In this document: in pieces, positions 56,045 to 64,000 of the stretch
Position numbering within the stretch: position 1 is the first letter of the stretch
How the letters are laid out: each line of letters opens with the position of its first letter
Assembly: GCA_964558395.1 (NCBI GenBank)
Contig: CAZLDS010000013.1
Span: forward strand, 390-64,389
Direction of reading: 5' to 3'
DNA: 64,000 nt
Source: an uncultured bacterium
GTDB taxonomy: Bacteria > Methylomirabilota > Methylomirabilia > Methylomirabilales > CSP1-5
Notes under the pieces: model-generated
Databases searched by the model: none
What the model was told of the DNA's origin: nothing
The model's input: only the letters and a program-made list of their open reading frames with translations
Translations under genes and position numbers: made by a program

Positions 56045-57420
56045 GGCGCACCGGCTGGATAACCCTGGGAATGCTCATTCTATGTTTCCTGGCGCGAGGG
56101 GGTGAGGCCTGGGAGCTGGAGGTGTCGGAGACCACACTGGAAAATGGGCTCAAGGTCCTGCTCTTGGAAGACCATAAGGCGCCCGTGGTCACGTTTCATA
56201 TTTGGTACCGGGTCGGATCCCGCAATGAAGAGTTTGGCCGCACCGGACTCGCGCATCTGATGGAGCACATGATGTTCAAGGGGAGCGAGAACATCGGAGG
56301 ACAGCAGTTCAGCCAGATCATCAGACGGAACGGTGGGCAGGATAATGCCTTTACGAGCCAGGATTATACGGGGTACTTTGTGACGTTGGCCTCGGATCGG
56401 ATCCGGCTGCCGTTGGAGTTGGAGCCGGATCGGATGGCCAACCTGCTGATGGACCCCGCCGAGGTGACGCGCGAGCGCAGCGTCGTCATGGAAGAGCGCC
56501 GGCTCCGCACGGAAGACGACCCGACGAATGCGTTATGGGAAGAAGTCCAGGCAGCCGCCTTCAAGGCTCACCCTTACGGGAATCCGGTCATTGGCTGGAT
56601 GAACGATATCCGCAAGCTCAAGCGCGCGGATCTTCAGGCTTTCTACAAGACATACTATGCTCCAAATAATGCGGTCGTGGTCGTGGTTGGAGACTTTGAG
56701 CGTGCGAAGCTCCTCCCGAAGATCGAAAAGGCCTTTGGCTCGATTCCACGAGGCCCCGATCCCCCGGCAGTCCGCAGTGTCGAGCCCCCCCAGGATGGGG
56801 AACGGCGCGTGATCCTCACGCGCGACGATGCAAAGCTTCCCTCCATCACGGCCGCCTATCATGTCCCCAACTTAACGAATGCGGACAGCTACGCCCTCGA
56901 CGTCCTGGAACTCATCCTCGCCGGCGGCAAGAGTGCCCAACTTTACCGCCACCTTGTCTACGAGAAGGAGCTTGCTCTGAATGCGGGCGCCTTCTATTCC
57001 CGAGTCTCTGTGGATCCCGACCTCTTTGCTGTTTACTGCACCCTCGCTCCAGGGAAGACGGTCGAGGAAATGGAAGCGGCGCTAGCCGCCGAGATCGAAC
57101 AACTTCAAACCCGGTTGGTCTCGGCTCGGGAGCTGCAAAAGGCCAAAAACCAGATCGAGGCATCGTTCATCTTCAGCAAAGACTCGATCTTCACCCTGGC
57201 TCGTCAGCTTGCCGCGAATGAGATGGTGGCTGGGTGGCGGTCTGTGAATACCTATCTACCCGGGATTCGAGCCGTGACCCGCGAGGATATCCAGCGGGTG
57301 GCACGGAAGTACTTAACGCCTGAAAATCGGACCGTCGGAATCCTGATGCCAGGGCGACCAAGCCGCAATCAGCAGTCAGCGGTCAGCGATCAGCCACAAT
57401 CCGGAGCGACTCAGCAGTAA
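56041..57420 (+). CDS. M16 zinc peptidase, catalytic subunit
   Basis: GLAHLMEHMMFKG (HxxEH), NAFTSQD, YYAPNNAVVVVVGD. Confidence 0.95.
   Translation: MRRTGWITLGMLILCFLARGGEAWELEVSETTLENGLKVLLLEDHKAPVVTFHIWYRVGSRNEEFGRTGLAHLMEHMMFKGSENIGGQQFSQIIRRNGGQDNAFTSQDYTGYFVTLASDRIRLPLELEPDRMANLLMDPAEVTRERSVVMEERRLRTEDDPTNALWEEVQAAAFKAHPYGNPVIGWMNDIRKLKRADLQAFYKTYYAPNNAVVVVVGDFERAKLLPKIEKAFGSIPRGPDPPAVRSVEPPQDGERRVILTRDDAKLPSITAAYHVPNLTNADSYALDVLELILAGGKSAQLYRHLVYEKELALNAGAFYSRVSVDPDLFAVYCTLAPGKTVEEMEAALAAEIEQLQTRLVSARELQKAKNQIEASFIFSKDSIFTLARQLAANEMVAGWRSVNTYLPGIRAVTREDIQRVARKYLTPENRTVGILMPGRPSRNQQSAVSDQPQSGATQQ
57367..57394. repeat. Heptamer tandem repeat inside the 3' end of the M16 gene
   Basis: NNTCAGC x4 (aatcagc agtcagc ggtcagc gatcagc). 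Confidence 0.8.
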
Positions 57421-57473
57421 GGAGTGGACAGAGATTCCGAAGCCTTTTGGGCTGACAGCCCGGAGCATCTACG

Positions 57474-58808
57474 GTGAAGCGACATTTTCTCAAGACCGGG
57501 CTAATCGTCCTCTCCCTCGGTCTTGTGCTGCCGAGGTGGGTGGATGCGGCACCGCTCGGACGACGTGCGGAGATGAAGAACGGTCTGGTTCTCCTCGTCG
57601 CTGAGAGGCGCACCCTGCCTATGGTCACTCTACAGGTCTTGGTGAAAGCGGGGTCGTACGAGGAGCCAAAGGACAAGGCGGGACTCGCCAACCTCACCGC
57701 CTTACTCCTGCCTTTGGGAACCGACAACCGGACGGCCCTCGAAATTAGTGAGGCGATTGAGTTCGTCGGCGGTGATCTCAGTGCCGATGCCTCCAGGAAC
57801 TATAGCACCCTCTCTCTGACTGTCCTGAAAAAGGATCTCGATCTTGGCCTAGAGCTTCTCGCGGATGTTCTGCTGCATCCGGCCTTTCGAGAGGTAGAGA
57901 TTGCCCGCAAGGTCCGGGAGTTGAAAGGCCATATCAGACAGAAGCAGGAGAATCCCGGGACGGTGGCCAACGAGGCGTTCGACGCGGCTTTGTTCCGCGA
58001 CCGTCCGTACGGCTGGCCCCTTGAGGGGACCGAGGAAAGTCTAGACCGAATCACCCAGAAGGACCTCGTCGACTTTCATCGACGCTACTATCTCCCGAAT
58101 AATAGTATTGTCGCCGTGGCAGGCGATGTGGGCCTTGAGGAATTTCGCGGCTACGTGGACAAGTATCTCAAGGGTTGGACACCCGCCACCGTTCCTGTCG
58201 TGGATCCCGGGACGCCGGCGCCCCTTGGGGGTCGAGAAGTGATCAAGATCAATCGAGGGGTGACCCAGGCCAATATCGTCTGGGGCCATCTTGGGATTGC
58301 GCGAAAGAATCCGGACTATTACGCCATCTCAGTGATGAATTTCATCCTGGGCGGTGGGGGCTTGACCTCTCGTTTGATGCGGGCCATCCGCGAGGAGAGG
58401 GGCTGGGCCTATGATGTGCACAGCTACTTCAGCGCCCGCCTCGCGCCGGGGCCTTTTGTAGTGGGACTGCAGACGAAGAATGAGACAGCGAGACCCGCCA
58501 TTGATGAGGTGCTGCGGCAGATCCAGAGGATCCGGGAAGATGGGGTCACGCCGGAGGAGCTCAACGAGGCCATAGGCTACCTAACCGGAAGTTTCCCTCT
58601 ACGGATCGACACCAATCGAGACGTGGTAAGTTTTCTGACGGCCATTGAGTTTTACGGTCTCGGGATGGATTATCCCCAGCGATATCTCGAGATAATCCGG
58701 GCTGTGACCCGCAAAGACGTTCTCAGAGTTGCCCGCAAATACCTGCATCCGGATCGAGGCATCCTCGTAGTGGTTGCCGACCTGGACAAGGCCAAGCTCC
58801 CATTTTAA
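57474..58808 (+). CDS. M16 peptidase-like subunit lacking HxxEH
   Basis: GLANLTALLL replaces the zinc motif; ILGGGGLTSRL, RERRGWAY-like segment. Confidence 0.9.
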   Translation: MKRHFLKTGLIVLSLGLVLPRWVDAAPLGRRAEMKNGLVLLVAERRTLPMVTLQVLVKAGSYEEPKDKAGLANLTALLLPLGTDNRTALEISEAIEFVGGDLSADASRNYSTLSLTVLKKDLDLGLELLADVLLHPAFREVEIARKVRELKGHIRQKQENPGTVANEAFDAALFRDRPYGWPLEGTEESLDRITQKDLVDFHRRYYLPNNSIVAVAGDVGLEEFRGYVDKYLKGWTPATVPVVDPGTPAPLGGREVIKINRGVTQANIVWGHLGIARKNPDYYAISVMNFILGGGGLTSRLMRAIREERGWAYDVHSYFSARLAPGPFVVGLQTKNETARPAIDEVLRQIQRIREDGVTPEELNEAIGYLTGSFPLRIDTNRDVVSFLTAIEFYGLGMDYPQRYLEIIRAVTRKDVLRVARKYLHPDRGILVVVADLDKAKLPF

Positions 58809-59034
58809 CGGCGAGTCCTTGCTCCTACTCCGGCCTCCGACCGTCCATGGTGCCCGTTGACAAGGGGCCTGAGAAAGGATAGATTGCTCTCCGTTTCATG
58901 CAGACCGTGACCCTTCAAGGTCATCCCCTCTAAAAGGCTGACAAGGAGATCTGGATCGGTCCTCCAGTGCGGACGGAAGACGATACGAAGAGGCATTGCT
59001 GTCAATTTTGACGTAATGGGGAATTACGAACCAG

Positions 59035-59673
59035 ATGGAACACCGAGGTCATCCCCGGTTCCCGCTCCGGATGCCGGTCCTCTGCGAGGGCCTGCCGGGC
59101 TGTGACTATCGTACCCTGGGCCTCACCCAGAATGTGAGTCATGGTGGGCTCCTCCTTGCCGTTCCACGGCTCGTCGGGCCGGGGACCCCAGTGAATCTGC
59201 GTCTCTTGACGGGGGACCGGATCTCCCGCGTTGAGGCGGGGGTCGTCTGGACAGCCGACACTTCCTCCAGTCTCATGGGGTTGCGGTTGATGATTTTGAA
59301 CAACGTTGACCGCCTCGCCTGGGAACATCTTATTACTTTCCAGGTGGGTCCGACGCCTCGGGCCTCCCTTCGGCTCCCTATTGATTTGGAAGTGACATGT
59401 CTGCTCGCTCCAGATACCCGCTTGCCGGGTCAGGTCGAGAATCTCAGTGATGGTGGCATGATGATCGTCCTCCCCCAGGCGGTACTACCTCAAACGCGTG
59501 TGCGCGTGGTCGTCCCCGCGTGGCTGATCCTCCCCCCGGTCGAAGCGGAAGTAATGTGGAACCGAGCCAACCCCACGGTGCAAGGGGTGGTCCACGGTCT
59601 GCATTTCCTCGCGAGCGATATGGGGAAGGAACTCTTCCTGATTGGCACCCTCCTTCGGCAGCTCCTGCACTAA
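59035..59673 (+). CDS. Tandem PilZ-domain protein
   Basis: RGHPRF...NVSHGG and PRASLR...NLSDGG. Confidence 0.85.
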   Translation: MEHRGHPRFPLRMPVLCEGLPGCDYRTLGLTQNVSHGGLLLAVPRLVGPGTPVNLRLLTGDRISRVEAGVVWTADTSSSLMGLRLMILNNVDRLAWEHLITFQVGPTPRASLRLPIDLEVTCLLAPDTRLPGQVENLSDGGMMIVLPQAVLPQTRVRVVVPAWLILPPVEAEVMWNRANPTVQGVVHGLHFLASDMGKELFLIGTLLRQLLH

Positions 59674-59700
59674 AGTAAACCAATGACCTACGCGAACTTT

Positions 59701-59813
59701 GGAGCAATGGAACAGTGAAACAATAGAGCAATAGAGTGATCTTAGAGGGGAATGCCTTATTGTGGTTCGAGAGGGGCTTCAAGGGTGGTCTAGTGTTCTA
59801 TTGTTCGATTGTC
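59701..59813. repeat. Inverted heptamer pair
   Basis: ggagcaatggaacagtgaaacaatagagcaatagag facing gtgttctattgttcgattg; same family at 8741-8812. Confidence 0.75.
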
Positions 59814-59864
59814 AGAGGATGAAAAGGGTTTGTATTAGCCGGGGGGCGGGACCTGAAGGGTCTT

Positions 59865-60680
59865 GTGCTGGAGGAATACCGAGTGTCTATCCGATCTGTC
59901 GGGCATCACGGGGGCGGCAAGCGCGGGGTTGAGAGACCGGCTGTCCCTGAACCGACCTATGCTGAGCGGGCACGGACGCTGTTGCACATTGGCCGCATCG
60001 GCAGCCTCTCGACCATTTCTCGAAAGCATCTGGGCTGGCCTTTTGGCTCCGTGATGCCCTATGGACTGGACGGACGTGGCCAGCCTATCTTCCTCATCAG
60101 CGACATGGCCGTCCACGCGCAGAACATTGGTGGCGATCCCCGCGCCAGTCTGTTGGTGACTCCGCCTGAATGGAGTGGGGATCCGCTCGCGGCTGCCCGC
60201 GTGACGCTCGTGGGCAATGTTTCGCTTGTCCCGGCAGAGGAGCGGGAACACACTCGCTCACTGTACCTCGTCCGATACGAGAACGCGAAGTACTGGGTCG
60301 ACTACACAGATTTTAGCTTTTACCGTTTGGAGGTGCGTGACGTTTACTTCGTGGGCGGCTTTGGCGTGATGGGGTGGGTGTCGGCTGAAGAATATGCGCT
60401 GGCCGACCCGGATCCACTCGCCGACGCCGCGCCGGGAATCCTTGAGCACATGAACGCGGACCACACCGATGCGTTGCTCCTCTTTGCACGGGTTCTCGGT
60501 GGCGTCGACGCTGACGAGGCGACCATGACCGTGGTAGACCGCCTCGGTTTTCATGTACGACTCAGAAGAGGAAGCCAGGTCCGGGCTATTCGCATTCCTT
60601 TTTCCCGCGAGGTGAGAAACCCACAGGAAACCAGGACAGTCTTAGTGGAAATGGTGCAAGAAGTGAGAAAACGGGGCTGA
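59865..60680 (+). CDS. HugZ-like pyridoxamine 5'-phosphate oxidase-family protein with DUF2470
   Basis: PFGSVMPY, ISDMAVH, DPRASLL, FVGGFG, HMNADH, DRLGF. Confidence 0.88.
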   Translation: MLEEYRVSIRSVGHHGGGKRGVERPAVPEPTYAERARTLLHIGRIGSLSTISRKHLGWPFGSVMPYGLDGRGQPIFLISDMAVHAQNIGGDPRASLLVTPPEWSGDPLAAARVTLVGNVSLVPAEEREHTRSLYLVRYENAKYWVDYTDFSFYRLEVRDVYFVGGFGVMGWVSAEEYALADPDPLADAAPGILEHMNADHTDALLLFARVLGGVDADEATMTVVDRLGFHVRLRRGSQVRAIRIPFSREVRNPQETRTVLVEMVQEVRKRG

Positions 60681-61006
60681 TTCGGATGAGAGTCGTCTCT
60701 GTTCTCCGCGGTACTTACGATGTAATCCTTACATCCCTACCATGTAAGCCTTACATTTTTCCCTGCTCGGCAAGACTTCGCTCCATATGAGACGGGGGCT
60801 TGAGTGTTGCGAACAAAACATGAAAATCAGGAACATTCCACCGCAGCCGGCGGGGCAATTGCCAAGTTGGCATGGAGTCTGCCTTATTCGTCCCCATAGG
60901 TTTCGGTGTTGGGGACAGCCCTTCGGGAACGAAACGGAAAGAGCGGACGGGGCGAGGTCGTGGAGAGGATGAACGCATTTCGAAAGGGGTAAGGGAGGAG
61001 CCGGTA

Positions 61007-61489
61007 ATGGCACTTTGGAAGGAGTATCCGCAGAAAGGGCAAATCCACAAGGAAGGCGATCAGCCTGGCGCGTACCTCTCACCTGCCGGGCAGTCCCCCG
61101 GGGCGGAGGGGCGCTGGCAAAAGGGCGAGTCCGTAATCGCCGCCGACCTGACGATCGAGGGGAAAATCGAGGGGGCGGGCCATGTGCGGATTGCCGGCCG
61201 CTTCAAAGGAGACGTCCGCGTGCACGGCGATCTCACCGTCGAATCCGGTGCGCACGTGGCCGGAGAAATACGAGCTGATAACATCCTCGTGGGAGGGGAG
61301 GTGCACGGGAACGTTCACGCCGACTCCCAGGTCCAGCTTTTGAACTCCGGGACGCTGATCGGGGACCTCAAGGCGGGTTCACTGACGGTGGCGGCCGGGT
61401 CGCGCATGCGGGGGAAGGTCGAGTTCGGCTGGGACGGGCAAGAGGCCTATCAGGCCGCCGTGGGCGAGGAAGGTGAGGTTCAGTTATGA
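61007..61489 (+). CDS. Bactofilin (polymer-forming cytoskeletal protein)
   Basis: SVIAADLTIEGKIEG, GRFKGDV, GEVHGNV, GDLKAGSL; RBS gaggag. Confidence 0.92.
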   Translation: MALWKEYPQKGQIHKEGDQPGAYLSPAGQSPGAEGRWQKGESVIAADLTIEGKIEGAGHVRIAGRFKGDVRVHGDLTVESGAHVAGEIRADNILVGGEVHGNVHADSQVQLLNSGTLIGDLKAGSLTVAAGSRMRGKVEFGWDGQEAYQAAVGEEGEVQL

Positions 61490-61839
61490 CTTCAGTGCCA
61501 CCCCCTTTTCCGGGGGAGACGCGGGTCTGCCCTCACTGCCGGGCCACGATCCTCAGGACAGCAACAGTCTGCTCTGCCTGCCACCGCTACGTCCGCTTTG
61601 ACCCAATCAGACGGGGCCGTCCCGCATCCCCGACTTTTTGCCCGTTGCACGTCGAGGCCGCGATCCGCCATCCGGGGAGTGGGGACTCGTGGGAATATTC
61701 CGTGGTCCTGCAGGTGCAGAACGAGCAGGGAGAGGTGATCTCACGCCACGTCGTGGGCGTCGGACCTTTTGGGCCTGGCGAGTCCCGTACTTTTAGCGTG
61801 CGGGTGGAGGTCTTCGCGCCTCAAAAGGCTGGCGTGTGA
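61486..61839 (+). CDS. Zn-ribbon plus beta-rich domain protein
   Basis: CPHC-x9-CSAC; ATGA coupling to bactofilin. Confidence 0.7.
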   Translation: MTSVPPPFPGETRVCPHCRATILRTATVCSACHRYVRFDPIRRGRPASPTFCPLHVEAAIRHPGSGDSWEYSVVLQVQNEQGEVISRHVVGVGPFGPGESRTFSVRVEVFAPQKAGV

Positions 61840-61995
61840 GGTGCTGTGCTCTTGGACCGGGCCGTGCCGCCGTGGCGTCACGTCATAAACCTGGCGCTTA
61901 CACTTCCTCCTAGTAGGATGGCGAAAAAATTTGTCCCGGACTGTAGTGCTGTTTTCCTTTCGGAGATCCGGAAAAGACAAGAGAAAGGAGAAAGC

Positions 61996-63417
61996 ATGAA
62001 CGATGAGAGACCGACGTATCACGGCATGAAATGGGGGATCCTGATTCACCTCACCGGAGCCCTCGTGGGTTTGATGGCGTTTTCAAGCTGCCAGAGCATG
62101 CCTCCCCCAGATCCCCAAGCCCAGCTCATCGCCAAAGGGAGAGAAATATTTTTGAACGGGACATTTGAGGGGAATGGGAGGACCTGTGGGAGCTGTCACC
62201 CACCTGAGAATAACTTCACCATAGATCCTGCCTTTATCGCCACTCTGCCCAAAGATGATCCGCTTTTCGTCGCCGAATTCAACCCAGACCTGGCCACGCT
62301 TGAAAGACCGAGATTGATGCGAGAGTTTGGGCTGATTCTGGAAAACCAGGATGGTTTTGACGACTTGGAAAACAAATTCAACATGCGTGGCGTCCCACAT
62401 ACCCTTGCGCTCCGGACCTCGGTCGACAGTTCCCAGGGTCCGCGGACGGGGTGGTCCGGCGACGGCGCGCCAGGGGACGGGTCGCTCCGGTCATTCGCCA
62501 CCGGCGCGGTCATTCAACACTTTACCAAAACCTTAAATCGCGTGGCCGGGGTCGATTTTCGGCTCCCGACCGATGAGGAACTGGATGCCCTGGAAGCCTT
62601 CCAGCTCTCCCTGGGACGGCAGGAGGACTTGACTCTGCCGTTGCCGCTGAAGGGCACGGTTCCCCAGCGGGGGCAAGAGATCTTCCTCGACAACTCGCTC
62701 GGGAAGTGCAACCTATGCCATGTGAATGCCGGAGCCACAGCAAACTTTGGTGCTGGGAACATCGGGAACGCCAACTTCAATACAGGGGTCGAGGACCTTC
62801 CCGATCAGCCGGCCCGGCTCGTTGAAACGTTGCCAATCGATGGGGGACTTGGGACAGACCCGGATGGAGGCTTCAATAATATTCCCAATCCGGACGGCAG
62901 CTTCGGCGACAAGACGTTTAATACACCTTCACTCGTAGAGGCGGCGGATACAGGGGCATTCTTCCACAACAATGCCATCCAGACGATCGAGGGGGCGGTC
63001 GGCTTTTACGATGGTGAGTCGTTTAACAATTCTCCTGCGGGCCAACTCCTGGCTAGCGTAGACCCGGAGGGAGTAGGAATAGAGCTTGACGGAACCCAAA
63101 TAGTGGCTATCGCCGCGTTCCTCAGGGTTATCAATGTCCTGGAAAACATCCGGGAAAGCAGTGCGCAGTTGGAGGCGAGTCTCAAGGTGCACCGTGCGAA
63201 GGCGGATGAGCATCGGAAACTCGCCATCGCTGAGACGAAGGATAGTATCATGGTTCTTGAGGGCGGCGGCCTCCATCCCGATGCCGTCGCCCATCTCAAA
63301 GAGGCGAAAAGGCTGACCAAGAAAGCGCTCCGGAGTTGGTTTTTCCCGAGCGCGAACACGCGGGAAGCCATTGAGGAACAGAAGAAGGCAAGGGCCTTGC
63401 TCATCGAGAAATCGTAG
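61996..63417 (+). CDS. Di-heme cytochrome c, bCcP/MauG superfamily, probable lipoprotein
   Basis: RBS aggag; lipobox-like FSSC; GREIF, CGSCH, GQEIF, CNLCH, FNTPSL, FFHNN. Confidence 0.8.
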   Translation: MNDERPTYHGMKWGILIHLTGALVGLMAFSSCQSMPPPDPQAQLIAKGREIFLNGTFEGNGRTCGSCHPPENNFTIDPAFIATLPKDDPLFVAEFNPDLATLERPRLMREFGLILENQDGFDDLENKFNMRGVPHTLALRTSVDSSQGPRTGWSGDGAPGDGSLRSFATGAVIQHFTKTLNRVAGVDFRLPTDEELDALEAFQLSLGRQEDLTLPLPLKGTVPQRGQEIFLDNSLGKCNLCHVNAGATANFGAGNIGNANFNTGVEDLPDQPARLVETLPIDGGLGTDPDGGFNNIPNPDGSFGDKTFNTPSLVEAADTGAFFHNNAIQTIEGAVGFYDGESFNNSPAGQLLASVDPEGVGIELDGTQIVAIAAFLRVINVLENIRESSAQLEASLKVHRAKADEHRKLAIAETKDSIMVLEGGGLHPDAVAHLKEAKRLTKKALRSWFFPSANTREAIEEQKKARALLIEKS

Positions 63418-63450
63418 TCAGGCTCAGGGACAAAAGGGAGGCATATCGTT

Positions 63451-63867
63451 ATGCTGAGGTCCATCATGGGAGTGGTTGTGATTAGCCTATTGCTCTGGGG
63501 CGGCACGCCGTACGCCCACGGACAAAAAACGACCGAAATGTTTATCCCGATTGGGCAATCACCGGGACAGTCTGGTAGGGTGACGATCGTCGGAACGATC
63601 GAAACGGTCGACACGTCGAATCGGACCATCGTCGTTTCCGGAGAGTCAGGACAGTGGAATGCACAGGTGACGGAACAGACCCACATCTGGTTAGACCGCA
63701 GCAAGCTTGGCTTACCCAATCAGTATGGCAAGTTTACGGATTTGCAGCAGGGCCGGTTGGTCGAGGTCAAGTACGTAGACAGCGAGCGTAGGAATCAGGG
63801 CCCCGCCGAGTGGATCAAGGTAGAGGTGACGAGGCCCAGCGCCAAATTGGACGACACACGCCAATAG
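63451..63867 (+). CDS. Exported OB-fold-like hypothetical protein
   Basis: RBS ggagg, signal peptide, GTIETVD...LQQGRLVEVKY. Confidence 0.7.
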   Translation: MLRSIMGVVVISLLLWGGTPYAHGQKTTEMFIPIGQSPGQSGRVTIVGTIETVDTSNRTIVVSGESGQWNAQVTEQTHIWLDRSKLGLPNQYGKFTDLQQGRLVEVKYVDSERRNQGPAEWIKVEVTRPSAKLDDTRQ

Positions 63868-64000
63868 TTTGCCCTAAAGCCGGTGGTTCACAAGGTCTGC
63901 TTGCTGCATCCCCTCATGAAGGGGGGTGAAGCCGTGTTAGTTGAAGGGCTTATCCAGCGAGCGACAGGCGGGCAGACGATGAACCGGTCTGTCCTGTTCA

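Noticed and set aside
1-64000. CRISPR array
   Set aside because: No 25-45 bp repeats with unique regular spacers; the repeats found are heptamer arrays or palindromes, and no cas genes are present
63979-64000. Start of a further CDS at the right edge (ATG 63979)
   Set aside because: Only about 7 codons are visible, too little to call

Overview
GC-rich, gene-dense bacterial window from a diderm (TolC, lipoproteins). Gene style suggests an uncultured lineage such as Methylomirabilota/NC10, but that is inference only. The core-like part (about 20-64 kb) holds an OFA-type MFS, gcvT-H-PA-PB, a DGQHR protein, an AlkZ/YcaQ-like protein and smpB-ssrA. It continues with a ThDP enzyme, an ECF sigma/anti-sigma/Spy-like/MacAB-TolC cluster, a UvrD-PD-(D/E)XK fusion, a Fe3+ ABC transporter opposite a DtxR-type regulator, HtrA, an M16 pair, PilZ, HugZ, bactofilin and a di-heme MauG/CCP-like cytochrome. 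The first 20 kb is accessory and holds the two best candidate new systems. (1) An IclR gene and three tandem U32 (UbiU/UbiV-like) Fe-S proteins share an 18-bp operator, and the two UbiU-like copies each lack a different Cys ligand; this suggests an inducible O2-independent hydroxylase next to an aryl-CoA-ligase-like operon. (2) A minus-strand ubiquitin-like conjugation module combines a coiled-coil+E2-like protein, a translationally coupled JAB protease and a second E2-like protein, with no E1 or Ubl visible. Intergenic DNA carries many families of 7-bp tandem repeats, often as inverted pairs, plus REP-like palindromes, a CTAG-flanked MITE-like element and several deletion or frameshift scars. 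All family assignments are from motif recognition by eye; no searches were run.
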